NCBI GenBank assembly: GCA_963763205.1
Contig: CAVXNQ010000022.1
Location: forward strand, 131,486-195,485
Length of the DNA stretch: 64,000 bases
Origin: an uncultured delta proteobacterium
GTDB lineage: Bacteria; Desulfobacterota; Desulfuromonadia; Desulfuromonadales; DDH964
Direction of reading: 5' to 3'
Each line of letters begins with the position of its first letter. Positions within the stretch are counted from its first letter, which is position 1. The notes under the pieces were generated by a model that made no database searches, had not been told where the DNA came from, and worked only from the letters and a program-made list of their open reading frames with translations. The translations under genes and the position numbers were made by a program. Below, piece by piece: positions 31,352-42,140 of this stretch.

Positions 31352-32916
31352 ATGTTCATCTTCGATTACTGGATTCTCCCCGTCGTCGCCTTCCTGATTC
31401 TGGTCGTCTCGACCCTGATTTTCCTCGCCTCGCGCTACAAGCGCTGCCCCTCCGACAAGATCCTGGTGATCTACGGCAAGGTCGGCGCCGGCCAGTCGGC
31501 CAACTGCATCCACGGCGGCGGCGCCCTGGTCTGGCCGCTGATCCAGGACTACGCCTACATGAGCCTGACGCCGATGACCATCCCCATCCCCCTGCAAAAG
31601 GCGCTCTCGCTGCAGAACATCCGCATCAACGTCCCCTCCACCTTCACCGTCGGCGTCAGCACCGAAGAGGCGATCATGAGCGCCGCCGCCGAGCGCCTGC
31701 TCAACCAGACCCAGAACCAGATCGAGGAGATGGCGCGGGAGATCATCTTCGGCCAGCTGCGTCTCACCGTCGCCTCGCTGACCATCGAGCAGATCAACCA
31801 GGACCGCGAGTCGTTCCTCGAGTCGATCCGCAAGAACGTCGCGCCCGAACTGAACAAGATCGGCCTCTACCTGATCAACGTCAACATCACCGACATCACC
31901 GACGAGTCGGGCTACATCGACTCCATCGGCAAGAAGGCCGCCTCCGAGGCGATCAACCAGGCCAAGGTCGACGTCGCCGAGCAGGACAAGAAGGGGGCCA
32001 TCGGCGAGGCCGAGGCGACGCGGGAGAAGACCATCCGCGTCGCCGAGAACGTCGCCGAGTCGGAGAAGGGGAAGAAGCGCGCCGAGGCCGACCAGCGGGT
32101 CTTCGTGCAGCAGCAGGAGACCACCGCGACCATCGGCGAGGCCGAAGCGACCCGGGAGAAGACCATCCGCGTCGCCGAGAACGTCGCCGAATCGGAGAAG
32201 GGGAAGAAGAAGGCCGAGGCCGACCAGCGCATCTTCGTCCAGGGGCAGGAGGCCCAGGCCATCGAAGGGGAGAACAAGGCCAAGGCCGACATCGCCGCCT
32301 ACAACGCCCAACTCGCCGTGCAAGCAGGCCGAGGCGTTGCAGCGCGGCGAGGTGGCCAAGCGCGAGGCCGAGGTGGAGATCCAAAAAGCCCAGGCCAAGG
32401 CGGAAGCCGAGCGGCTGAACGCCGCCGAGGTGGTGCGCCAGGAGATCGAAAAGACGCAAGGTCGAGATCGCCGCCGAGGCCGAGGCGGAGAAGATCCGCC
32501 GCGAGGCCAAGGGGCAGGCCGACGCCATCCTGCTCAAGTACCAGGCCGAGGCCGAGGGGATTCGCAAGGTTCTGGACAGCAAGGCCGCCGGCTACCTGGA
32601 GCTGGTCAAGGGCTGCAACGGCGACGCCAAAGCGGTCGCGACGCTGCTGATGACGGAGAAGATCGAGCAGATCGTCCAGCTCCAGGTCGAGGCGATCAAG
32701 AACATCAAGATCGACAAGGTCACGGTCTGGGACAGCGGCGGCAAGGACGGCACCACCTCCACCGCCAACTTCCTCTCCGGGCTGGTCAAGAGCCTGCCGC
32801 CGCTGCACGAGGTGGCGGGGATGGCCGGGATCGAGCTGCCCAAGTACCTGGGGGAGGTGGCGGCGGCGCCGGCCGCGGGGGATGGTGCGGGGCGGGCGCA
32901 GGAGGGGGGAGAGTAG
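31352..32916 (+). pseudogene. flotillin-like SPFH/Band-7 protein (YqiK/FloA type), broken by two 1-bp frameshifts (about 32320 and 32455)
   Basis: The N-terminal TM, SPFH domain and EA-rich coiled coil are in frame up to ...AYNAQLAV. A second frame reads KQAEALQRGEVAKREAEVEIQKAQAKAEAERL.... A third frame reads ...VEIAAEAEAEKIRREAKGQADAILLKYQAEAEGIRKVLD...VWDSGGKDGTTSTANFLSGLVKSLPPLHEV to the stop at 32916. Confidence 0.8.
31999..32262 (+). repeat. tandem 132-nt (44-aa) duplication inside the flotillin coiled-coil region
   Basis: IGEAEATREKTIRVAENVAESEKGKK(R/K)AEADQR(V/I)FVQ is repeated twice in tandem at the DNA level, with near identity. Confidence 0.8.
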
Positions 32917-32956
32917 GGGCGGTATGATTTTTCCGGGGGCTGCGGAGGATGGAATG

Positions 32957-33017
32957 GAGGAGCTAGGGGACGGTTCTGGGAGGAGCTAGGGGACGGCTGG
33001 AGGGCTAGGGGACGGTT
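32957..33017 (+). repeat. REP-like element cluster: three direct copies of GCTAGGGGACGG
   Basis: Copies at 32962, 32985 and 33004, immediately upstream of the RAYT gene. Confidence 0.6.
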
Positions 33018-33090
33018 CTGGAATTATCGAATAAAATCGGACCCTTATAGACATATTTTTTTCCGAATAGGTATTGGCAGGGAGGGGGAA

Positions 33091-33762
33091 ATGCCAAGAC
33101 AGGCTCGAATCGGATTTCCGGACTTGGTTCATCATGTGATCTCGCGGGGGAACAACCGGAATTGGGTCTTCAAAGACGAGAGTGATTTTCGGCGGTATCT
33201 GGACATCCTCAAGCGGTACAAGGACAGGTATGGGTTTCGCCTTTACCATTGGGTCCTGATGAACAATCATGTCCATCTGCTTCTGGAGCCGTCGGCAATG
33301 GGGCGCCTTGGCAAGATTATGCAAGGGGTCAACCTCTCCTACACCCTCTGGTTCCACCGGAAATACCGGCAGGTGGGCCATCTGTGGCAGGACCGTTTCA
33401 AAAGTTTTCCGGTCGAGCGTGATGCCTACCTTTTGGAATGCGGGCGCTATATCGAAAGAAATCCCCTGCGCGTCGGTTTGGTCGGAGCCCCGGAAGAGTA
33501 TCCGTGGAGCAGCTACGCAAGACACCGGTCCGGCCGCGAGGATGGTCTCACCGACCGGCATCCCCTTCTGGAGGAAATGTTTGCGAAGGGGGGAGGCGAC
33601 GCCTACTCCACTTATGTATGCGGTCCGCGTGACCGCGAAGAAGAGGAGTTGCGGGAGCGGATGAAGGGAGGCGTGGTCGGTTCGAAAGCTTTTCTGACGA
33701 CCCTGGAGACGGATTGGAGAAATGCCTGTCGGCCTGGGCGCGGGCGGCCAAGGAAAAAATAG
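33091..33762 (+). CDS. REP-associated tyrosine transposase (RAYT / TnpA_REP, IS200-like HuH Y1 transposase fold)
   Basis: HuH motif (NNHVHLLLE), the conserved GHLWQDRFKSFPVERDAYLLECGRYIERNPLRVGLV segment, and a catalytic-Tyr region (YPWSSYARH). 223 aa. Flanked by inverted REP copies. Confidence 0.85.
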   Translation: MPRQARIGFPDLVHHVISRGNNRNWVFKDESDFRRYLDILKRYKDRYGFRLYHWVLMNNHVHLLLEPSAMGRLGKIMQGVNLSYTLWFHRKYRQVGHLWQDRFKSFPVERDAYLLECGRYIERNPLRVGLVGAPEEYPWSSYARHRSGREDGLTDRHPLLEEMFAKGGGDAYSTYVCGPRDREEEELRERMKGGVVGSKAFLTTLETDWRNACRPGRGRPRKK

Positions 33763-33796
33763 TTTGTAACAAACCGGAATTAATAGGGAATTTGAG

Positions 33797-33832
33797 AACC
33801 GTCCCCAATGGCTTTAAAACCGTCCCCAATTG
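33797..33832 (+). repeat. REP-like elements in inverse orientation: two copies of CCGTCCCCAAT(G/T)G, preceded by the palindrome GTTTGTAACAAAC
   Basis: They are the reverse complement of the upstream GGGGACGG core. Together with the upstream copies they bracket the RAYT gene (a REPtron-like arrangement). Confidence 0.6.
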
Positions 33833-33864
33833 TTTTACGAAACTCACACCCGGAGGACTGAACG

Positions 33865-34230
33865 ATGACGACGTACCTTATCTCCTTCCCCGGATCGGCG
33901 ATGGACATCTCCGACGAAGACATGGCTGCCGTCGGCGAAGCGGCACACGCGGTCATGCGCGAGGCGAAGGATGCCGGCGTCTATGTGTTCGGCGGTGGTA
34001 TCAACGGGGACGTCGCGCCGCTGATGGTCGCCGCCGACGGCACCGTCACGAACGAGACCTACCCGCAGACCAAGGAGTTCGACGGCGGCTTCTGTGTCCT
34101 GGAACTCCCGTCGCGCGAAGCCGCCGTCCAATGGGCCGCGAAGATCGCCAAAGCCTGCCGCTGCTCGCAGGAACTCCGCGAGTTCGGGTACGACCCCGAG
34201 GAGGGGAGTTCCGGGGACACCTCACTTTAG
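33865..34230 (+). CDS. YciI-like (DGPF-motif) small protein
   Basis: 121 aa. The conserved ...FDGGFCVLELPSREAAVQWAAK... core matches the YCII-related/DGPF family. GGAGG RBS. Confidence 0.7.
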   Translation: MTTYLISFPGSAMDISDEDMAAVGEAAHAVMREAKDAGVYVFGGGINGDVAPLMVAADGTVTNETYPQTKEFDGGFCVLELPSREAAVQWAAKIAKACRCSQELREFGYDPEEGSSGDTSL

Positions 34231-34264
34231 GGGAGTTCCGGGGAGTTCCGGGGACACCTCACTT
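34203..34264 (+). repeat. direct repeats of GGGGAGTTCCGGGGACACCTCACTT (two full copies plus a nested partial copy)
   Basis: Seen directly. They overlap the last codons of the YciI-like gene and the downstream intergenic region. Confidence 0.5.
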
Positions 34265-34375
34265 AACTGAGACACCATTTTTCGGGAGGGGAAAATGCCA
34301 CGTATCGCCCGAGTTGCTGCGTCAGGATCGCCCCATCAAGCGGCAGCTTTCCACCATGATTGAAGGAGGGGAACC

Positions 34376-34981
34376 ATGTTGAAGCGCTACTACCCGCACG
34401 CCCTGGCCGCCATCTTCGTGGTCTTCTTCGCCCTTCTCGGCATCGCTCCGGTCTCCCGGCAGGTCTGGATCGCCGAGGTGATCCCGGTGGCCGGGGTCTT
34501 CCTGCTGCTGGTCGTCACCTTTCCCCTCTTCCGCTTCAGCAACCTCGCCTACTCCCTGATGGCCGTCTGGCTCTTCTGGCACACCGTCGGCGGCCACTAC
34601 ACCTTCGCCAACGTCCCTTTCGGCTGGGTCACCGACCTCTTCGGCTTCCACCGCAACCACTTCGACCGCATCGGCCACTACTCGATCGGCTTCTACGCCT
34701 ATCCCCTCGCCGAATGGGTGACCCGCAAGCGCTGGTGCGGCCCGGTCCTCGCCTCCTTTCTCGGCCTCTTCTTCATCATGAGCGTCGCTGCCGGCTACGA
34801 GATCATCGAGTGGTGGTATGCGGCGGCTGAGGGCGGCAAGGCGGGGATCGAATTTCTCGGCTCGCAGGGGGATATCTGGGATGCGCAGAAGGACATGCTC
34901 GCCGATACCCTGGGTGCGCTGACCACGGTGGCGCTCTTCTGGGTGGTGCGGCCGGATCGGGTGGGAACGATCAATGGATAA
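34376..34981 (+). CDS. DUF2238-like (YjdF-type) inner-membrane protein
   Basis: 201 aa, 5-6 TM, with a conserved HTVGGHYTFANVPFGW core. Family assignment is from memory. Confidence 0.55.
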   Translation: MLKRYYPHALAAIFVVFFALLGIAPVSRQVWIAEVIPVAGVFLLLVVTFPLFRFSNLAYSLMAVWLFWHTVGGHYTFANVPFGWVTDLFGFHRNHFDRIGHYSIGFYAYPLAEWVTRKRWCGPVLASFLGLFFIMSVAAGYEIIEWWYAAAEGGKAGIEFLGSQGDIWDAQKDMLADTLGALTTVALFWVVRPDRVGTING

Positions 34982-35897
34982 TAAAGTATTCAAAAAAGTC
35001 GCCCTCCTCGGTGCCGGCGCCCTCGGCGCCTATTACGCCTCTCGGTTCCATGCGGGGGGCTTCGAGACTTTCCTCGTCGCCGGCGGCGAGCGGGGCGAGC
35101 GGCTGCGCCGAAATGGACTCAGCGTCAACGGGGAGCGGTTCGATCTGCCGGTCGTGGATGGGGCAGGGCCGCATGTGCCGGCCGACCTCGTCCTGGTTGC
35201 CCTCAAGCACCATCAGCTTTCCGAAGCGCTTCCCGAGCTGCGGCCCCTGGTCGGTCCCGAGACCCTGGTCCTGTCGGTGCTGAACGGTCTCGACAGCGAG
35301 GCGCTGATCGGCGCGGTTTATGGGGTGGAAAAGGTGCTTTACTGCGTGGCGGTGGGGATCGACGCGGTGCGGGAAGGGAGTGCGGTGACGGTTGCCAACC
35401 AGGGGAAACTCTTCTTCGGCGAGGCGCGCAACGCCCCGGCCAGCGCCCGGGTGCGGCGGGTGCAGGCGGCCCTCGACCGGGCCGGGCTGGCCTGGAAAAC
35501 CCCGGCGGATATGCTGCGCATCCTGTGGTGGAAGTTCATGGTCAACGTCGGCATTAACCAGGCCTCGGCGGTGCTGCGCGCTTCCTACGGAATCTTCCAG
35601 CGTTCGGCCGAGGCGCGGGAAGTGCTGACGGAGCTGATGGCGGAGGTGATCGCCCTGGCCGGGCCGGCGGGGGTGGACCTGACCGCGGCCGATCTGGCCG
35701 AGTGGGAGCGGGTCCTGGGCCGGCTGGCGCCGGAGGCCAAGACCTCGATGCTGCAGGACGTCGAGGCCGGACGCAAGACCGAGGTGGAGATCTTCGCCGG
35801 CAAGGTGGTGGCACTCGGCCGCCAGTACGGGGTGCCGACGCCGGCCAACCGCTTGATGCTGCACCTGCTGCGGGTTGTCGAGGAAAATCCCGCCTGA
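34974..35897 (+). CDS. panE: 2-dehydropantoate 2-reductase (ApbA/PanE family)
   Basis: N-terminal Rossmann LLGAGALGAYYA and a ketopantoate reductase C-terminal domain. 307 aa. Confidence 0.8.
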   Translation: MDNKVFKKVALLGAGALGAYYASRFHAGGFETFLVAGGERGERLRRNGLSVNGERFDLPVVDGAGPHVPADLVLVALKHHQLSEALPELRPLVGPETLVLSVLNGLDSEALIGAVYGVEKVLYCVAVGIDAVREGSAVTVANQGKLFFGEARNAPASARVRRVQAALDRAGLAWKTPADMLRILWWKFMVNVGINQASAVLRASYGIFQRSAEAREVLTELMAEVIALAGPAGVDLTAADLAEWERVLGRLAPEAKTSMLQDVEAGRKTEVEIFAGKVVALGRQYGVPTPANRLMLHLLRVVEENPA

Positions 35898-35898
35898 A

Positions 35899-36423
35899 CT
35901 ATTTCCCCGCCGCCTTCAGACCCTCCCGATACCGCTTGCCGTTCTCGATGTAACGCAGCGCACTCTGCCGCAGTTTTTCGCGCCCCGCCGCATCCAGCGT
36001 GCGGACGATCTTCCCCGGCGAACCGAGCACTACGGAGCCGTCCGGCACCTCCATTCCCTCCGTCACCAGGGTATTGGCGCCGATCAGGCAGCCGCTGCCG
36101 ATCTTCGCCCCGTTGAGGATCACTGCGTTCATGCCGATCAGGCTGCCGTCGCCGATGGTGCAGCCGTGGAGGATCACCTTGTGGCCGACGGTGACGTGGC
36201 GGCCGACGGTCAGGGGGAAGCCGGGATCGACGTGGAGGATCGAGCCGTCCTGGATGTTGCTGCCGGCGCCGATGGTGATCAGGTCGTTGTCGGCGCGCAC
36301 CACGACGTTGAACCAGAGGCTCGCTTCCGCCTCGACGACCACCGAGCCGATCAGGGTGGCGTTGGGGGCGAGGTAGGCTTCACCGCGCAGCTCTACCTTG
36401 CGCTCGGCCAGGTCGTAGATCAT
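35899..36423 (-). CDS. gamma-carbonic anhydrase family protein (hexapeptide left-handed beta-helix; PaaY/YrdA-like)
   Basis: Hexapeptide repeats and the conserved His ligands (HVDPGFPLTVG..VTVGHKVILHGCTIG). Confidence 0.85.
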   Translation of the reverse strand: MIYDLAERKVELRGEAYLAPNATLIGSVVVEAEASLWFNVVVRADNDLITIGAGSNIQDGSILHVDPGFPLTVGRHVTVGHKVILHGCTIGDGSLIGMNAVILNGAKIGSGCLIGANTLVTEGMEVPDGSVVLGSPGKIVRTLDAAGREKLRQSALRYIENGKRYREGLKAAGK

Positions 36424-36546
36424 TGGGGGCTCCTTTCCATGGGTAATGGCCCGTTGGGGCTGACTCTTCGCGGCGCTCGGCTTGCATTATGCGGCAGGTG
36501 CTGTTATTTATCAAATGGGCAATAACCATATTATCGTTCGGAAAAA

Positions 36547-37458
36547 TTGATTGAACCCATGGCCATCACCCTGCGTCAGCTCGACATCTTCGCCGCCACC
36601 GCCGCCAGCGGCAACCTGACCCGGGCGGCCGGCCGCATCGGCCTCTCCCAGTCGGCGGCAAGCATGGCCCTGGCCGAACTCGAACGGCAGTTCTCCGAGC
36701 CCCTCTTCGACCGGGTCGGCAAGCGCCTGGTCCTCAACGAGCGGGGGCGCGCGCTCTTGCCGCGCGCCCAGGAGGTGCTGGCGCGGGTGCGGGAGATCGG
36801 CGACCTGTTCGGCAGCGAAGCGGGGCGGCTGGCCGGCGAGCTGCGCATCGGCGCCAGCTCGACGATCGGCAACTACCTGATCCCGCACCTGCTCGGGCAA
36901 TTGGCCGGCGGCCACCCGGAGTTGAAACTGCACCTCGACGTGGTCAACACCGAGCAGGTGATCGCCGGCATGGCTGCCTTCGCCTACGACATCGGCTTCG
37001 TCGAGGGCCCCTGTCGGCGGCCGGAGCTGGAAACCATCCCCTGGCGGGACGATACGCTGGCGGTCTTCGCCGCCGCCGGCCATCCCCTCGCCGCCAAGGC
37101 CGTGCTCACCCCCGTCGACCTGGCCGCGGCGCGCTGGATCCTGCGCGAGCCCGGCTCCGGGACCCGCGAGGTCTTCGAGACGGCCGTCGCCGGACGCCTT
37201 GCCCCCCTCCACGTCTTTCTCGAACTCGGCCACAGCGAGGCGATCAAGCAGGCCGTCGAGGCCGGCCTCGGCATCGGCTGTCTGTCGCTGCTGACTCTGG
37301 AACGGGCGCTGGCGGTCGGTGTCCTGAAACTCCTGCCGACCCCCTTTCTCGATTTCTCCCGGACCCTTAACATCCTGATCCACCGCGACAAGTACCGCAC
37401 CGTGGTACTGCGTGCCTTTCTCGATTACTGCCTGGCTCCCGGAGGTGCTGATGGATGA
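36547..37458 (+). CDS. LysR-family transcriptional regulator
   Basis: HTH (TLRQLDIFAATAASGNLTRAAGRIGLSQSAASMALAELE) plus a substrate-binding domain. Divergent from the gamma-CA gene. An inverted TTAT...ATAA box lies in the intergenic region. Confidence 0.85.
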   Translation: MIEPMAITLRQLDIFAATAASGNLTRAAGRIGLSQSAASMALAELERQFSEPLFDRVGKRLVLNERGRALLPRAQEVLARVREIGDLFGSEAGRLAGELRIGASSTIGNYLIPHLLGQLAGGHPELKLHLDVVNTEQVIAGMAAFAYDIGFVEGPCRRPELETIPWRDDTLAVFAAAGHPLAAKAVLTPVDLAAARWILREPGSGTREVFETAVAGRLAPLHVFLELGHSEAIKQAVEAGLGIGCLSLLTLERALAVGVLKLLPTPFLDFSRTLNILIHRDKYRTVVLRAFLDYCLAPGGADG

Positions 37459-38041
37459 CGCAACCGGCTTGAAGCGCTGTCCCTGGCCTACCAGCGATCC
37501 CCTCTACCGCGACTATCACGACCGGGAATGGGGGGTGCCCGTCCACGACGACCAGCGGCTGTTCGAGTTTCTGACCCTGGAAGGGGCGCAGGCGGGACTC
37601 GCCTGGATCACCATCTTGCGCAAACGCGAAGGGTACCGCCGGGCCTTTGCCGGCTTCGACCCGGAGGCGGTGGCACGCTTCGATGCCGCAAAGGTGGCAG
37701 CGCTGCTGGCCGATCCCGGCATCGTGCGCAACCGCCTCAAGGTCGAGTCGACCGTCGGCAACGCCCGGGCCTTCCTCCGGGTCCGGGAGGAGTTCGGCTC
37801 CTTCGCCGCCTACATGTGGCGCTTCGTCGACGGCCGGCCGCGGCAGAACGCCTGGCGCACCCTGGCTGAAATCCCGGCCAGTACCCCCGAGTCCGCCGCC
37901 TTCAGCCGCGACCTGAAGCAGCGCGGCTTCCGCTTCGTCGGCACCACCATCTGCTACGCGCACATGCAGGCGGTCGGAATGGTCAACGATCACCTGGTCA
38001 ACTGCTTCCGCTGGCGGGAGCTGGGCGGCGGTGGCCACTGA
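37451..38041 (+). CDS. tag: DNA-3-methyladenine glycosylase I
   Basis: A zinc-binding KRCPW at the N-terminus, then the conserved DYHDREWGVP, LTLEGAQAGLAW and ICYAHMQAVGMVNDH motifs. Confidence 0.9.
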   Translation: MDDATGLKRCPWPTSDPLYRDYHDREWGVPVHDDQRLFEFLTLEGAQAGLAWITILRKREGYRRAFAGFDPEAVARFDAAKVAALLADPGIVRNRLKVESTVGNARAFLRVREEFGSFAAYMWRFVDGRPRQNAWRTLAEIPASTPESAAFSRDLKQRGFRFVGTTICYAHMQAVGMVNDHLVNCFRWRELGGGGH

Positions 38042-38172
38042 GGGCCGGAATTTTTTGCTGGCCCCCCCACAGCCGGGTGTAGCCATCGCGGCGGCATGCT
38101 AAAATGAACGCGGTGAGCGGGCCGGATCAAGCGACCGGCGGCGGGTTCCTGCGGCAGCGAAAGGAGATTTCC

Positions 38173-38634
38173 ATGCGCGAAGGGCAGATGGGACGGATGG
38201 CGCCGGGCGCCTTGCTGATGGCGCTGTTGCTGGTAGGCGCCTCGGCTTGGACGGCCAATGCGGCACAGCAGGTGACCCCCTCCGATGAGGTGCGCAGGGA
38301 GGTCAGTGAAGCCCTGACGACGATCGGCCAATATGGCGCCGAAAAGCGGGATGAAGCGGTCGCCGTCGCCCGGAAGGCCCTGCACAAAACCGATGCCACC
38401 ATCGACCAGGTGCAGGAGCGGATCGACCGCGATTGGGACAGGATGGATGCGTCGGCCCGGAAAGAAGCCCGGGAAACCCTCAACGCCCTGCGCCGGCAGC
38501 GGACCGATCTTGCCGAGTGGTACGGCGGCCTGAAGCACAGCTCCGCCCAAACCTGGGATGAGCTCAAAAAGGGATTCGCCCGAAGTTACTCAAAGCTGGG
38601 AAAATCCCTGGAAAAGGCCGTCGACAAGTTTTAG
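38173..38634 (+). CDS. secreted hypothetical helical protein (signal peptide; Lys/Arg/Glu-rich)
   Basis: ATG at 38173 with AAGGAG RBS. The signal peptide is MAPGALLMALLLVGASAWTANA. No recognisable domain. Confidence 0.55.
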   Translation: MREGQMGRMAPGALLMALLLVGASAWTANAAQQVTPSDEVRREVSEALTTIGQYGAEKRDEAVAVARKALHKTDATIDQVQERIDRDWDRMDASARKEARETLNALRRQRTDLAEWYGGLKHSSAQTWDELKKGFARSYSKLGKSLEKAVDKF

Positions 38635-38802
38635 AACCCCCCTGCGCTGGTCTCCGGCAGGGGCTGCCGAACGTTCGATCCCAGGCGGCGCGGCACCTCC
38701 GCTTCGACCAACGCTCCTCTCGACCGATTCAATCCTACCCGCCAGCAGCGGGTCGAAACGACCCTCCAGCAGAAGCTCGTGCCCTTTCAGGCGGAGGTCT
38801 GT

Positions 38803-40335
<1,533 letters not shown>

Positions 40336-40371
40336 GATGCTCTCGTTTCGTTGGCGGTCGGGTGGACCGGG

Positions 40372-42018
40372 TCAATCGGCCGGCAGTACCAGGCTGAAGG
40401 TGCTTCCCCGCCCCGGCTGGCTTTCCACTTCGATGGTGCCGTGGTGCGACTGGGCGATGCCGAGGCTGACCGAAAGCCCCAGGCCCGTCCCTTTGGATCC
40501 CTCCTTGCTGGTGAAGAAGGGGGTGAAGATTTTTTGCAGGTCGGCGGCCGGAATGCCGATGCCGTTGTCGTGCACGCTCACCACCGCCCAGCGCCGCTCC
40601 CCCTCGCTACGCAGCGTCGTGGTGATCTCGATCAGCTTGCGGCGCCGTTCCACCTCGGCCAGGGCATCGCGGGCGTTGACCAGAAAATTGGCCAGCACCT
40701 GCTGCAGCTGCTGGCCGTTGGCGGCGACCCGCGGCAGGTCGGCGGCGAGGTGCTTGACCAGCTCAATGTGGCTCTGGTCGATCTGGAACTTCATCAGGCC
40801 GATGGCTCCCTCCACCTCGGCGTTGAGGTCGACGTCGCTGACCGGGAACTGGTCCTGGCGCGAGAAGGTCAACAGGTTCTGCACGATCCGCTTGCAGCGC
40901 AGCCCGCAGTTGACGATGTCGCCGAGCAGCTCGCCGTCCTCGGGCGGGAGGTCGGCGCCGCGCAGCAGCAGCTGGGCGGTGCCGATGATCACGGTCATCG
41001 GGCTGTTCAGCTCGTGGGCGACGCCGGCAGCCATCTCCCCCAGGGCGGCGAGCTTGGCCGACTGAACCAGCTGCGCCTCCAGCTTGGTCTTCTTGGTGAC
41101 GTCCTTGATGATGTGGGTGACCGCCACCAGCTGGTTCTCGTCGTTGAAGACCGGATAGTAGGAGAGGTCGAGGACCAGGCCGGACTCGGTCTGCACCCGG
41201 CGGAAGACCGGCGCGCCGGTGGCGCGGATTTCCTGGATCGGGCAATCGGGGCAGGGCGTATCGCGGCGCTTGAGGCGGGCGAAGCACTTGTTGCTCTCCA
41301 CTCCTTCCCAGTAGCTGGCCAGCTCGGCGGGGAGGTGGCTGTTGTGCTGAAGGATGTTGTAGTCGGTGTCGACCAGGAAGATCGCGTCGGTGACCGCTCG
41401 GAAGGTCGCCTCCCATTCCATCTTCGCCCGGCTGACCCGCTTGTAGAGCTGGGCATTCTGCATGCTGATCGCCAGTTGGTCGGCGAGGTGCTGGAGGAAG
41501 CTGAGCTCGGCACGGGCGTAGGCCCCTGCCGTGCTGCTGCCGACCAGCAGCAGGCTGGTGACCGCCGTCCGTTCGAAGAGCGGGACGGCGGCCAGCGAGG
41601 CCAGGCGCGGCGACTTGCCGGGGTCGAGCAGGGCCGCGAAGGGATCATCTTCCCGGGGATCGTAGCTGGTCGCCGCCTTGCTCTCCAGGACCTGCCAGAG
41701 GCGCGAGGCGCGGGGAATCGCGCCGGCGGTGCAGAAATCCTGCGGGGCCGTGGCCCGCAGGCTCAGGGCGTCGCCGCGCAGGGTTGCCATGCCTAGAAAG
41801 TCGCAGGGGAGCACGGCGGGGAGCTTGCGAAAGGCCCGTTCCAGGATCTCTTGGTGGGACATGTCGATGTTGATGTCCCGGATCAGCTGGTGGAGGATCT
41901 CCAGGCGGCTGTTCTGCTGGAGGACCTCCTCGTTGCGCTTCTTCAGCTCGACGTAGTAGTTGAGCTTGGAGGAGTCGACGCCGGTCAGCTGTTCGAGCAG
42001 TTTGTCTCTGTTGTCCAA
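40372..42018 (-). CDS. sensor histidine kinase (GAF + PAS + HisKA + HATPase_c), cytoplasmic
   Basis: H-box (AAGVAHELNSP), N/G boxes (NGIGI, GTGLGLS), an N-terminal GAF and a central PAS. TTG start at 42018. The HK-RR operon sits downstream of ADH1. Confidence 0.85.
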   Translation of the reverse strand: MDNRDKLLEQLTGVDSSKLNYYVELKKRNEEVLQQNSRLEILHQLIRDINIDMSHQEILERAFRKLPAVLPCDFLGMATLRGDALSLRATAPQDFCTAGAIPRASRLWQVLESKAATSYDPREDDPFAALLDPGKSPRLASLAAVPLFERTAVTSLLLVGSSTAGAYARAELSFLQHLADQLAISMQNAQLYKRVSRAKMEWEATFRAVTDAIFLVDTDYNILQHNSHLPAELASYWEGVESNKCFARLKRRDTPCPDCPIQEIRATGAPVFRRVQTESGLVLDLSYYPVFNDENQLVAVTHIIKDVTKKTKLEAQLVQSAKLAALGEMAAGVAHELNSPMTVIIGTAQLLLRGADLPPEDGELLGDIVNCGLRCKRIVQNLLTFSRQDQFPVSDVDLNAEVEGAIGLMKFQIDQSHIELVKHLAADLPRVAANGQQLQQVLANFLVNARDALAEVERRRKLIEITTTLRSEGERRWAVVSVHDNGIGIPAADLQKIFTPFFTSKEGSKGTGLGLSVSLGIAQSHHGTIEVESQPGRGSTFSLVLPAD

Positions 42019-42042
42019 TTTCCCACCTGCATGAGAGTGAGG

Positions 42043-42091
42043 GTGAAAAGTGAAAAGTGAAAAGTGAAAAGTGAAAAGTGAAAAGTGAAAG
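42043..42091 (+). repeat. tandem heptanucleotide array (GTGAAAA)x6 plus a partial copy, with a flanking imperfect inverted copy (CCTTTTACCTTTCACGTTTCAC)
   Basis: Seen directly. It lies 25 nt upstream of the kinase start codon (on that strand it reads TTTTCAC x6) and downstream of the ADH1 stop. Confidence 0.9.
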
Positions 42092-42140
42092 GATTCGTAT
42101 TGGCTCTTCTCACCTTTTACCTTTCACGTTTCACGGGTTT

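Noticed and set aside
33091-33762. RAYT considered as a complete IS200/IS605 insertion sequence
   Set aside because: There is no tnpB and there are no IS-type terminal hairpins. REP flanks indicate a domesticated REP-associated transposase rather than an active IS.
42043-42091. Heptamer array considered as a CRISPR array or VNTR of a mobile element
   Set aside because: A 7-nt unit with no spacers is not CRISPR. It is kept as a simple tandem repeat.
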